Shown here in pieces: positions 38,048-47,856 of a stretch of 56,937 nt of DNA; the first letter of the stretch is position 1, and each line of letters opens with the position of its first letter. The DNA comes from Candidatus Thorarchaeota archaeon (lineage in GTDB: Archaea > Asgardarchaeota > Thorarchaeia > Thorarchaeales > Thorarchaeaceae), in contig JAEOTX010000022.1 in the NCBI GenBank assembly GCA_016839605.1, positions 1-56,937 on the forward strand. Reading direction: 5' to 3'. Both the position numbers and the translations under genes were made by a program. Under the pieces are notes generated by a model. That model was not told the origin of the DNA. It saw nothing but the letters and a program-made list of their open reading frames with translations, and did not search any database.

Positions 38048-38392
38048 ATGGAGTTCGATGACATCAGGCAGTTTGAGTCTGATACCAGCCAAGGTAAGAT
38101 TAGGTTTCGAATAATGGACCTCGATAATGGCACACTTGTACTAATATCTGGTTCCGATAAGTTTCGACTTGGTCTGTCAGCAGTGGCAATCCCACCCGGA
38201 CAAGGGAGGTCAGAACCAACATCAACCGGGCTGTTCTCTGCTGGTCTGGATGCAGCACTCGTCCGAACCCTTGCCGAGAGAGTGTCTGCATGGATTAACC
38301 AGTCATGCATGGTTGTTGTGGCTGTGAGCGCACTGAATCAGGCATTAATGATGGAGCTGATGACTATTCTAAAGAACCATCTTCTGACTTGA
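38048..38392 (+). CDS. Proteasome assembly chaperone 4 (PAC4/PSMG4)-like protein
   Basis: IRFRIMDL..LVLIS..LSAVAIP..PTSTGLF..LAERVS pattern matches recalled PSMG4. Confidence 0.6.
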   Translation: MEFDDIRQFESDTSQGKIRFRIMDLDNGTLVLISGSDKFRLGLSAVAIPPGQGRSEPTSTGLFSAGLDAALVRTLAERVSAWINQSCMVVVAVSALNQALMMELMTILKNHLLT

Positions 38393-38591
38393 TGTGTTCA
38401 ATCACCTCTCGAACCCAACTCCCTAAACCATCAACAGCATACACATGATCAAGGTATGAGGTCCAGTCTATGTCCAATGCATGAATCCAAACCTCATAGG
38501 CCTCACGGAGATTCTTGTGAGCATGCTGATGATATTGGCACAATGAGTCGTTTTCATGACTTGGACGGCTACATATCGGACACTCACTCAT
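38364..38591 (-). CDS. Small Zn-finger protein coupled to topA
   Basis: CPIC...CQYH; overlaps topA end. Confidence 0.65.
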   Translation of the reverse strand: MSECPICSRPSHENDSLCQYHQHAHKNLREAYEVWIHALDIDWTSYLDHVYAVDGLGSWVREVIEHIKSEDGSLE

Positions 38592-40716
38592 CGGAAGAGC
38601 CCTCCTGCCTTGCTTGACTGGCTTTCTCTCGTTTCTTCTCCAGAGCCTTCAAATCTTCCTGTCTGCCAGGACACTTAGTCCAGTTCACACATGTTTCCCA
38701 TGCTCTTCTTCCAGAGATGACCTTGATCATATGATGCCCACAATAGGGACACTGCTTGTCTAGAGGTGCTATGGTTCCCCTCTGTGGCAGTGGGAATGTC
38801 TGATCACACCCACCCTCCTTGTATTCTGAACACCCCACGAACCGTTTTCCTGTTTTCGGCGAGCGAATTATGAGAAGATTCCCGACACCACACTTGGGAC
38901 ACAATCCTACCTCCTCTTTTTCCTTCCAGTAGCGTTGAAGTCCACTGACGAGGGTCTGACCTATGTCTTCCTCCTGTGTTTGAAAATGCTTGAGGAGTTC
39001 GAGTAGGTCTTCTTTGGCATGTGTTAACACCTGGTCTCTATCAAGCCGTCCCTCTAGAATGCCCTGCATCTCTTCCTCCAGTTGACGTGTGAAATCCGCG
39101 GATAGGATCTTTGCTACATATTGACGCAGGGTCTCATGCAGAGCATAGCCAAGAGTGGACAGCTCGAATCTATTCCCAAGTGTGTAACCCCTCGATCTCA
39201 CCGAGTCAACGATTGATGCTCTTGTGGCCTTTGTTCCTAGGCCCTCTTTCTCAAGGATTTTGAGCAGGCTCGATGGATTAAACCGTGGAGGTGGAGATGT
39301 AAATCTCCCATCCTCATTCACCGCCTCAAGTTCGATAACATCACCCTTACTCAAGGGGGGAAGGAGTCTCTCGTTAAGAGTCACATATGGATCATAGTAG
39401 TCCATCCAGCCACGTTTGAGGACCTTGAGACCTCTGAGATAGAAGAGATGTTCATTGTACTTGACATCGGCCCTTATACTCTCCTTGATGGAATTCTTAC
39501 CAAAAAGCGCAAAGAATCGGCGCACTATGAGGTCATATATTTTCGACTCACTTGGTGTCAGCCTCTTGGACGCTTTAGTTCCAGTAGGATGTATAGCTGG
39601 ATGTGCAGCATCATCCTTCTTGCCCTGAAATGGGGTAAGACTACCACCAGCCAGAACCTGCTTCGCGAGGCTGCTATACTTTCTGTATGAAGCCAGTCCG
39701 TTCAATATCTCCCTCACGTTGATACTGGGAGGTATTTTCTGACTCCCTGTTCTTGGGTACGAGATGAGCGCTTCCAGATACAGCTTCTGGGCTATTGCTA
39801 GAGTCCTACTTGGCTTGAAGCCGAAGTGCCTGTAGCTCTCTGATTGTAGGGCACTCAGATTGAATGGAGCTGGTGGTGTCTGGAAATTCTTCTTGCTTCT
39901 CAAGTCATCAACAATAGCAGTCTTCCCCTTGAGATCTTGTACAATATCAAGGGCCTGAGTCTTCACTGCTATCCGTTTCTTGGAATATTCAAGTTCCAAT
40001 TCATGGCTGTTATGACTACCAGTGGCGAGAATGACCCAATAAGGCGTTGGTACAAAGACATTGATTGCTTGGTCTCGATCTGCCACAAGTGCCAATGTCG
40101 GTCCCTGTACTCTCCCTGTAGAAACGATCTTGAACCAACCAGATGCAGTCTTTATTGCCAAGGTGAGAGCCCTGGTCAGGTTGATGCCATACAGCCAGTC
40201 CACTTCATGTCGTGCCTGTCCAGCTTCAATCATCGGAAAGTCAAGACCGGAAGCCAAATTATCATACGCAGCATTCAGCTCGGCTTTTGTCAGAGTGGAG
40301 AAGATCATTCTCTTTGCTTCTTTGACCTCAGCACCACACGCATACAGTAATGTAAGATAACCAATGAGACTTCCTTCGATGTCTAAGTCAGTAGCAACCA
40401 CGAAATGATCAATGTCTTTTGATATGCTCTTAATCACACGAATAATGGGTTTGGTGGCTGTCGCTTTCTTGTCAACCTCATACCTCGGCACCCATTCCGT
40501 GGATAATCTGGGATATTTCCACCCCTTCTCCGTCTGACGAAGCTCGAAAAGATGCCCAAGAGCGTAGACCACTAAGAGCGTGTCACCACCTCTTCTGCAC
40601 TCGTAGTATGAGGCGCCTCTTTTTTTGACCTCATTTGGAGATCCAGTTTCATCTAGTGCCTGAGCTATCCGTTTTGCAGCAGTTGGCTTTTCAGATATAA
40701 TCAGAACTTTTGACAG
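38584..40716 (-). CDS. topA: Type IA DNA topoisomerase, probable CTG start
   Basis: In-frame upstream SKVLIISEKPTAAKRIA; ATDLDIEG; GRVQGP; ISYPRT; C-terminal Zn ribbons. Confidence 0.93.
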   Translation of the reverse strand: MSKVLIISEKPTAAKRIAQALDETGSPNEVKKRGASYYECRRGGDTLLVVYALGHLFELRQTEKGWKYPRLSTEWVPRYEVDKKATATKPIIRVIKSISKDIDHFVVATDLDIEGSLIGYLTLLYACGAEVKEAKRMIFSTLTKAELNAAYDNLASGLDFPMIEAGQARHEVDWLYGINLTRALTLAIKTASGWFKIVSTGRVQGPTLALVADRDQAINVFVPTPYWVILATGSHNSHELELEYSKKRIAVKTQALDIVQDLKGKTAIVDDLRSKKNFQTPPAPFNLSALQSESYRHFGFKPSRTLAIAQKLYLEALISYPRTGSQKIPPSINVREILNGLASYRKYSSLAKQVLAGGSLTPFQGKKDDAAHPAIHPTGTKASKRLTPSESKIYDLIVRRFFALFGKNSIKESIRADVKYNEHLFYLRGLKVLKRGWMDYYDPYVTLNERLLPPLSKGDVIELEAVNEDGRFTSPPPRFNPSSLLKILEKEGLGTKATRASIVDSVRSRGYTLGNRFELSTLGYALHETLRQYVAKILSADFTRQLEEEMQGILEGRLDRDQVLTHAKEDLLELLKHFQTQEEDIGQTLVSGLQRYWKEKEEVGLCPKCGVGNLLIIRSPKTGKRFVGCSEYKEGGCDQTFPLPQRGTIAPLDKQCPYCGHHMIKVISGRRAWETCVNWTKCPGRQEDLKALEKKREKASQARQEGSSDE

Positions 40717-40808
40717 ATATCTCGCCTCACGTTGGTGTGGTACAGCTTTTCATCCCACGATAGTCTTAAAAGCAGACTGCCAAACGAAACCGCTCAAGGT
40801 GTGCTGAC

Positions 40809-41225
40809 TTGCCCTGGTGGCCAAACTTTATCATCAAACCAAGAGTACGACTCACAAGACCAAGGTTTGGGATGCCTTCAAGGCCCCCGGACATCATTGT
40901 GTTTGGAGCCGTCTTCATAGCAATTCTATTCGTTCTAGGTGGAAACATCTTCACGCTGATTAGAACACCACCCGCGATTGCAGGCAATCCCGCAGGCGGC
41001 GCGCCAATTCTTATTGCACCAGGGATTGATGTTCAACTTGGAATGGAGGGAATCGTCGCATCAGTTGTAGTCATGATTGGAGTTATGGGATTGGGTCTCA
41101 TGTACTACGCCTCTAAGTACGTCTTTCAGCCTGGTTATGCCACGCGTCTACTCATAATGGGAATGATTCTTGCCGGTGTTGCTTTCCTAGTCTTTAGTTA
41201 CATGTTCACCCTCAAGATAGGATAA
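40809..41225 (+). CDS. OSTC/DC2-like (OST3/OST6 TM family) oligosaccharyltransferase subunit
   Basis: 3 TM; LGGNIFTLIRTPP, QLGMEG, C-terminal LKIG; no thioredoxin domain. Confidence 0.75.
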   Translation: MPWWPNFIIKPRVRLTRPRFGMPSRPPDIIVFGAVFIAILFVLGGNIFTLIRTPPAIAGNPAGGAPILIAPGIDVQLGMEGIVASVVVMIGVMGLGLMYYASKYVFQPGYATRLLIMGMILAGVAFLVFSYMFTLKIG

Positions 41226-41246
41226 CGGTCAATTCGTGCATTCTCA

Positions 41247-41969
41247 CTATTCCAATATAGTGATGTTTAGATCGACACGAGACATCAGGTCTGAGATCAG
41301 TTCGTTTGCTATCTCTAGCTTCGTCCTCTTCCTTTCGTCTGCTATATAGCTAGATCTATGACCTGGTTTAGACCATCGACCAACCTCGTCCCCAAAGTCC
41401 ATTCCTGCCAAAATCACACTAGCTGGATTATAATGGGAAACAAGGTAACATGCTCTGTCACCATCTGTGAAACCGCCCCAGAGAGAAACGCGTTCTGTTG
41501 GCTCTACTTGGGTGCTTCCAAGAACGATATCAAGCGAAGGAACAAACTCACGTACCTTGTCCATATTATCTCCATGTGCATGTACTACTGGTATCGCTCC
41601 CCTGCGTATAACTTCCCTTAGGTCATCTGGATCCCCGTCGAGATCTGTCACGAGAATGTCACAGACGTAGTCGAACTCAAGTAAAGCTGATGCGGCACCA
41701 TCGGAGGCCACATATACTACGTCTATGAGCCCCCATGATGGAATTATCCTCTTGAGATGGTGCTCTAACGAGGGTCCTGCACCACAGACAACAACAACTT
41801 TGTCCTTAATCATTCTCTCAAGCTTCTCAAGAACTGAATCTGAGGGTTTGTTTTCAAGAAGAGAGTCTAGGAGCAAAGTGGCATTGCGGTCTGCCTCAGA
41901 ATCAAGATTCAGCCTGCTAACAATTCGATTATACTGAGGCTCCCATTCCTTCCATTCCACACTCTTCAC
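41247..41969 (-). CDS. mptE: 6-hydroxymethyl-7,8-dihydropterin pyrophosphokinase MptE
   Basis: GAGPSL, VTDLDG, HAHGDN, GGFTDGDRA, GMDF. Confidence 0.9.
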   Translation of the reverse strand: MKSVEWKEWEPQYNRIVSRLNLDSEADRNATLLLDSLLENKPSDSVLEKLERMIKDKVVVVCGAGPSLEHHLKRIIPSWGLIDVVYVASDGAASALLEFDYVCDILVTDLDGDPDDLREVIRRGAIPVVHAHGDNMDKVREFVPSLDIVLGSTQVEPTERVSLWGGFTDGDRACYLVSHYNPASVILAGMDFGDEVGRWSKPGHRSSYIADERKRTKLEIANELISDLMSRVDLNITILE

Positions 41970-43180
41970 CCAAGTCGTTTCTTTCGCTTGTCCATCAAAT
42001 TCCTCATAGTCCTAGCAACCTTAGGAAGTCCAAAGTAATCCATCCTCAATAGCTTGTCAATGAATCTCTCGAGCTGAAGAGGAGTCCCCATCACCAGCAC
42101 ATCCGTCTTCTTTACCTTGGAATCAATTGCATCTGTATGATAAGCTGCATCGCCACCTAGAGCAAGCATCTCCTGCTTGATTATCAATGCAGCAGGAGTC
42201 TCAATGTTTCTGAGAAGGAAACTGAGGGTGACTGCTTTTCTGGATAGAGCCCGTTTTATGTCAGCACCTGTTCCAATCTTTTCAATGATGATTTCTGCAG
42301 CTCGCTCGTCTATGATGCTAAGAAGGTCTACATCTTGTTCGGTTTTTCTTCTCCAGTTTCCCAATCTATCCCCAATAGCGGCAGCCTCTCTCGCTTCAAT
42401 CACATCATGAGCCCGTATTATGCTTGCACCTCTCGCGACAACCACTGAAGTGGCTGCAATGGTCCCTGTGAGCCGATCACTTGGATTTGGCTGGTCAAGT
42501 AGGTTTCCAATAAATGCCTTCCTCGAAACCCCTACAAGAACAGGATGCCCCCACATGGTAAATCGTTGTAGATGTCGAATCAATGCAAAGTCGATTTCTG
42601 GAGGCTTTCCAAATCCAATACCGGGGTCTACTATCATTCGGTCTTTGGCAATCCCTGCCGTGTGGGCGATATTTAGGCTCTTGGCTAGTGCCCCTATAGA
42701 CTGCTGGATACTCTTGCATGGTTTCCTACAAAGCGACATCAGTACAACAGGTACATCTCTATTGGATACTAATTCTGCCATCTCTGAGTCATTCTGTAGA
42801 CCTGAGATATCATTAACGAGCGCTGCCCCTAGATCAAGAGCGAATTCTGCCACTATAGAGGATGTAGTATCGATAGAAATAGGAACGCTAGCAGTTTGCA
42901 TAATGATTTCCAGACCTGCTTTAACCCTCTGAAGTTCTTTCTCAACAGATACCTGTTGAGTATTGTAGATTCCCTCAGGAGCTGTTGAAGCTCCGCCAAC
43001 ATCAATTATGTCTACACCATCTTTCTCCATCTGCTGTACTTTTTTGCTCACACTCTCCTCATCAACCACAACAGACTCTGAATAGAAGGACTCTGATGAG
43101 AGGTTGACGACTCCCATTACCCGAGTTGGATAATCTGCTCCGATCTCGATATTCCCGACTTTGACTGTATAGGGAGTCAT
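41966..43180 (-). CDS. folP: Dihydropteroate synthase with C-terminal extra domain
   Basis: MGVVNLSSESF, SIDT, DPGIGFGK, GVSRKAFIG, RAHDV. Confidence 0.92.
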   Translation of the reverse strand: MTPYTVKVGNIEIGADYPTRVMGVVNLSSESFYSESVVVDEESVSKKVQQMEKDGVDIIDVGGASTAPEGIYNTQQVSVEKELQRVKAGLEIIMQTASVPISIDTTSSIVAEFALDLGAALVNDISGLQNDSEMAELVSNRDVPVVLMSLCRKPCKSIQQSIGALAKSLNIAHTAGIAKDRMIVDPGIGFGKPPEIDFALIRHLQRFTMWGHPVLVGVSRKAFIGNLLDQPNPSDRLTGTIAATSVVVARGASIIRAHDVIEAREAAAIGDRLGNWRRKTEQDVDLLSIIDERAAEIIIEKIGTGADIKRALSRKAVTLSFLLRNIETPAALIIKQEMLALGGDAAYHTDAIDSKVKKTDVLVMGTPLQLERFIDKLLRMDYFGLPKVARTMRNLMDKRKKRLG

Positions 43181-43269
43181 TCTGAACTACCTCGTTCGTG
43201 GGTATAGAGGAAAGGAAATAAAACCTAGTGGATTCGCCCCAGACATCGCGAAACCCATGGTGAGATGCA

Positions 43270-44415
43270 ATGAATGACAAGCTTCAACGTACACACCTCT
43301 ATGATTGGCATGCAAAGAATGGTGATTTAGTCCCTTTCTCAGGATGGGAGATGCCAGTCCGCTATACCGACATCCGTGAGGAGCACATGGCTGTGAGGGA
43401 CTCTGTTGGAATCTTTGACACATCTCATATGTTTCGCTTCGTCATCAAGGGCTCACAGGCTCTAGAGTTTCTTCAGACGATGACCTCCAATAATGTCAGG
43501 AAACTAAAGGTGAATGGCGGCCAATACACGACTTGCCTAAATGAAAACGGTGGTATTCGTGACGATCTCATGCTCTACCGAGTCGAGGAGCAGGAGTATA
43601 TCTGGGTCACCAACGCAGACAATGGGCCTAAGATTAGCGCTCACCTCAACCAGCACGCCAAGAATTTTGACGTAGAAATAACCGACAGGACAAGAAACAT
43701 CGCAATGATTGCCGTACAAGGTCCCAAGGCAATGACATTATTGAGTAAAATCGCCGGACGTGACCTGAGTGAATATGGAAGGTTCACAAGCAATCTTGTA
43801 GACCTTGGTGGTTATAGCTCCTACCTTTGCCGTACAGGGTATACAGGAGAAGACGGTGCAGAGATTCTGCTGCTTGACACGCCCTTCAACAATGAGGGGA
43901 AGGATAAAGCTACCGCCTTCTGGGAGCTGCTTCTCAATCAGGGAGAAGAGTTTGGAATCAAACCCTGTGGTCTTGGAGCTCGGGACTCAACACGTCTGGA
44001 GGCAGGCTTGGTACTTTATGGAAATGACATTGACGAGGAAACCTCACCGCTAGAGGCTAGGATTCGCTATGCAGTCAAGTTTAAGGTCGATCCTCACTAC
44101 ATCGGTTATGATGAGCTCAAGCGACAGAAGGAAGAGGGGGTTGACAAGACTAGAATTGGGCTAGTCATGATTGACCGTGGTGTACCCAGGAAAGACTACG
44201 ACATACTGCTTAGGGGTGAGACCATTGGTAAGGTTTCTAGTGGAGTCATGTCGCCTATTCTTCGGAGCGGAATTGGCTTAGCCTATGTAAAGCCTGGTGT
44301 CGTAGAAGAGGGTGACACAATTGAAATCGACATCAAGAGAAGGCTCAGAAAAGCCAGAGTGACAAAGTGGCCCTTTTATGATTCTGAGAAATACGGTTCA
44401 ACCCGGTCATCATGA
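43270..44415 (+). CDS. gcvT: Glycine cleavage system T protein
   Basis: FSGWEMP, FDTSHM, RTGYTGEDG, GLGARDSTRLEAG. Confidence 0.96.
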   Translation: MNDKLQRTHLYDWHAKNGDLVPFSGWEMPVRYTDIREEHMAVRDSVGIFDTSHMFRFVIKGSQALEFLQTMTSNNVRKLKVNGGQYTTCLNENGGIRDDLMLYRVEEQEYIWVTNADNGPKISAHLNQHAKNFDVEITDRTRNIAMIAVQGPKAMTLLSKIAGRDLSEYGRFTSNLVDLGGYSSYLCRTGYTGEDGAEILLLDTPFNNEGKDKATAFWELLLNQGEEFGIKPCGLGARDSTRLEAGLVLYGNDIDEETSPLEARIRYAVKFKVDPHYIGYDELKRQKEEGVDKTRIGLVMIDRGVPRKDYDILLRGETIGKVSSGVMSPILRSGIGLAYVKPGVVEEGDTIEIDIKRRLRKARVTKWPFYDSEKYGSTRSS

Positions 44416-44472
44416 TTAGCCGTTTGATTTAAAGGTAGCATGACACACTCCGGGAACCAACGGTGGACCATC

Positions 44473-44874
44473 ATGACTGAAGGAACTAATGTACCTGAGG
44501 ATTTGAAATACAGTAAGGATCATGAATGGGTAAAGGTCGATGGCGACCTTGTGGTTGTGGGCATAACAGACTACGCCCAACACTCACTTCATGAGATTAC
44601 ATTTGTGGAGCTTCCAGAAGTCGGCTCTAGTGTTGAAGCAGACTCCGAATGTGGTCTCGTTGAATCCATGAAAGCCTCCTCTGATCTATTCTCACCCCTC
44701 TCTGGAGAGATTGTGGAAGTCAACTCCAATCTTGAAGACGCTCCCGAGCTTGTTAATGAGGAGCCCTATGGAAAGGGTTGGATGTTCAAAATCAAACCAT
44801 CCAATCTTGATGGCGAGAAAGGCGCTCTGATGGATGCTAAAGCCTATAGTGAGTTGATAGCTTCCGCTGAATGA
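44473..44874 (+). CDS. gcvH: Glycine cleavage system H protein
   Basis: HEWV, GITDYAQ, VESMKA (lipoyl Lys), PYGKGW. Confidence 0.96.
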   Translation: MTEGTNVPEDLKYSKDHEWVKVDGDLVVVGITDYAQHSLHEITFVELPEVGSSVEADSECGLVESMKASSDLFSPLSGEIVEVNSNLEDAPELVNEEPYGKGWMFKIKPSNLDGEKGALMDAKAYSELIASAE

Positions 44875-45046
44875 AGACCTCTGGATTGGTAATCAGGGAC
44901 TTTCGGTTCCACAGCAAACACACTATCTGTGGACGTTAATTATTGTTTCAAAACCAGCTGTACACTAGTAAGACTAACAGCAACCTTTTTAGCACAACCA
45001 GAATCTGCTCGGATGACTTCGAGTCAGAACGGAGAGAGCACTCCAT

Positions 45047-47803
45047 ATGTCTGGATACGACAGGTTCAAACGGTCCACGGGAAGATTTCTCAGACAAATC
45101 TTCCATAGACCAAAAGCAAAGATTTCACGCGGCTCCGTAATTCTGGTCATAGCTTTGACCATTATTTTCTTCGCTGCTCTAATGCTGCGTCTATACCCAC
45201 TTCTCAACTCACAACCAGTTCTCCGGGCATTTGACCCATGGTTCCAGCTGAAGGTGACCGAATACGTGGTCGACAATGGCTATGGCGCATTCTTCACATG
45301 GTTTGATCAAACAACATGGGTCCCATTCGGTCGAGACATCACCACCACATCTTATGTTGGAGTGCCATTCACAAGTGCCTTCTTCTACTTCATACTCAAT
45401 GGATTTGGAATCAGCGTTGATGTCCTCACAGTATCCCTTGTTATGCCTGCATTTCTGGGTGCACTTACAGCTATTGCAGCATTCTTCTTGGGACGCGAGC
45501 TCATGAACAACACAGTTGGTCTTCTTAGTGCACTACTCCTAGCATTCCTTCCCGCGTTCATTCAGAGAACTGTAGCCGGCTTCTATGATAATGAATGCGT
45601 TGGGGTACTCGCCATTGTAGTTTCCACATTCTTCTATACGAGGAGCCTGAAACGAGGCTCTTTACCATCAGCAGTAGGTGCAGGTCTGGCTTTAGGCTAT
45701 CTCTTAATATCATGGGGCGGCGGCGATTTTCTCCTAGGCCTGTTAGCCCTCTATTCATTCGTTATGCTTATCAGCGGACGCTACAACAAGCGCCTTCTCA
45801 ACTCATACCTGATCACTGTAGCACTTGGCATTTTCATTGGGGGACTAATCCCGCGGAATGGATTTGCCGACCTCACAACATTTTCCACTTTGGCTCCAAT
45901 TGGTATTGGGGTATTACTTGCAGGATACGAAGTCTGGTTGCGAATAGAGAGTTATAGAGAGGCTACTGCAACATTTCTAGCACCTCATATGAAGCCTATT
46001 TTGCTAGGGCTAATTACTCCTATAGCAGGAATTGCAGCATACCTTGGATATGCAGGAACAGTTGAGCTTGGTATCCGACCCTTTACATCCAACCCGGTAG
46101 TGACACTAGGCACTAAGTTTCTCACAGTCATCAATCCCTTTGTGCGTCTGGACCAGAGAATCTTTGCTTCAGTCGCAGAGCATTTACCAAGTCCATGGGG
46201 AAGCTTCTATCATACATTGAATCTCCTAATCTTCTTCTTCCCCCTCGGATTGTACTTCCTCTTCAAGCGTGGTCGTGACGAGGATTGGCTGATCTTCCTT
46301 TTTGGAGTGACTTCAGTCTACTTTGCAGGTAGCATGATTCGACTTGGCTTAATCTTGGCACCTGCCGTAGCTGTACTCTCTGCGGTTGCAGTGAACGGAA
46401 TGCTATCACCCTTCTCGAAGGTGGTCACACAGAAGTCAGTCTTTGAGAGACGGAGATTCAGAATGAGCTCGTCCTTGACATCAGAACATGCAATTGTGGC
46501 TTTTGCATTCGTGGGACTGCTTCTTTCACTCAACCTGTATCTTGGAGCGGACTATGTCAACCGCTATGTGGGCTCACCAGAGTTTGCACAGGATTCACTC
46601 TCAGAAGGAGCTCGGTTCACTGACTGGCAGACCGGGATGACTTATGTTCGAGATGTGCTGCCAGAAGATGCCATTGTGGCAAGCTGGTGGGACTACGGAT
46701 ATTGGATAAATGGTGCTGGAGAAGCGGAAACGATAGTCGATAATGCCACGTGGAATCGGACGCAAATCGCGTTAATGGGCTATGCCTTGATGGCATTAAA
46801 CCTGACTGAGTCATTGAAGACATTCAAGCAGTGGAACACCACACATGTGCTAGTCTACTATGGCCATCGAACATCATGGGCTGGCGGTGATGATGGCAAA
46901 TGGCCTTGGATGGTTCGAATTGCTGAGGATCGGTTTGGTTCCGAACTAATAGACGATGCATGGTACTTGGGTGACGATCCCACTACTCCTACAGTGATTG
47001 AAGAGGAGTATATGCTTGACACTTTCTTCGAGTCTACACTCTACAAGCTGATGGTATTTGGAGAACCAGTTAGTCAGGAGGAAGGCCAAGCCATGGGTCT
47101 CACAACCGACAGGGTTCAGATGGATGCGTTCTATCAACAAGATGAGCGCTGGTTATCACATATGCCAGTGGATCTCTTCGGGGCTTTCGTAAATCCATAC
47201 ACAAGCTCCAATCTTGGAACTGTCAAGATATACGAGATAGACTACACAATGTATGAGCAATACATGAACCGGACCGCTGCTGATTGGATAATACCCGATA
47301 CTCTTCAGACAATCAAGCTTGATGGTAATCTGAGCAGTTCGGAGTTGACCAATCTCAATACCTACGATGTAGTGTTTGGCGGAAACTACGGTGCAACTGT
47401 ACACACTGGAATCAACTCGACCCACCTCTACTATGGAATACAGATGGACAACTACACAAAGGGTGAGGATGCGCTTGGAATACAAATTGCGCCACTTGAC
47501 TCTCCTGGTGATTCGGACCTTCTTCTAGTAGACTATGATGGCCACGAGTTCTATGATGGTCACGTCGCTTATGATGGTTCTTGGGCAGAAGACACCTCAG
47601 GTGCAAACACCACGCTCTTCGCAAGCGGAGAGAATGTGATAGAACTCCTGATTCCACTGAACGCAAGAGATACACAGGATGTAGACTTCAACCCTGGTAT
47701 GAACTATCAGATACGGCTGCTGTTCTGGAACAACGTTAACAGTGGAGAACCAACCTTCGACTCTGATTGGACAACAATCTGGGTTGAAGTGGAACTACAC
47801 TAG
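45047..47803 (+). CDS. aglB: Oligosaccharyltransferase catalytic subunit AglB/STT3 with C-terminal beta domain
   Basis: FDPWF, GFYDNE, SVAEH, SWWDYGY, DNAT, DDGKWPWMVRIA. Confidence 0.95.
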   Translation: MSGYDRFKRSTGRFLRQIFHRPKAKISRGSVILVIALTIIFFAALMLRLYPLLNSQPVLRAFDPWFQLKVTEYVVDNGYGAFFTWFDQTTWVPFGRDITTTSYVGVPFTSAFFYFILNGFGISVDVLTVSLVMPAFLGALTAIAAFFLGRELMNNTVGLLSALLLAFLPAFIQRTVAGFYDNECVGVLAIVVSTFFYTRSLKRGSLPSAVGAGLALGYLLISWGGGDFLLGLLALYSFVMLISGRYNKRLLNSYLITVALGIFIGGLIPRNGFADLTTFSTLAPIGIGVLLAGYEVWLRIESYREATATFLAPHMKPILLGLITPIAGIAAYLGYAGTVELGIRPFTSNPVVTLGTKFLTVINPFVRLDQRIFASVAEHLPSPWGSFYHTLNLLIFFFPLGLYFLFKRGRDEDWLIFLFGVTSVYFAGSMIRLGLILAPAVAVLSAVAVNGMLSPFSKVVTQKSVFERRRFRMSSSLTSEHAIVAFAFVGLLLSLNLYLGADYVNRYVGSPEFAQDSLSEGARFTDWQTGMTYVRDVLPEDAIVASWWDYGYWINGAGEAETIVDNATWNRTQIALMGYALMALNLTESLKTFKQWNTTHVLVYYGHRTSWAGGDDGKWPWMVRIAEDRFGSELIDDAWYLGDDPTTPTVIEEEYMLDTFFESTLYKLMVFGEPVSQEEGQAMGLTTDRVQMDAFYQQDERWLSHMPVDLFGAFVNPYTSSNLGTVKIYEIDYTMYEQYMNRTAADWIIPDTLQTIKLDGNLSSSELTNLNTYDVVFGGNYGATVHTGINSTHLYYGIQMDNYTKGEDALGIQIAPLDSPGDSDLLLVDYDGHEFYDGHVAYDGSWAEDTSGANTTLFASGENVIELLIPLNARDTQDVDFNPGMNYQIRLLFWNNVNSGEPTFDSDWTTIWVEVELH

Positions 47804-47814
47804 CAGATCAAAAT

Positions 47815-47840
47815 GCGATTGGTCTAGGAAGGCCAATCGC
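47815..47840. terminator. Hairpin between convergent aglB and nop10
   Basis: GCGATTGGTCT-AGGA-AGGCCAATCGC followed by a T-rich tract. Confidence 0.5.
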
Positions 47841-47856
47841 CATTGATTTCTTTCTT

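Noticed and set aside
40600-40630. Frameshift at the A7 run in topA
   Set aside because: The run keeps the frame; the short call is due to the start codon
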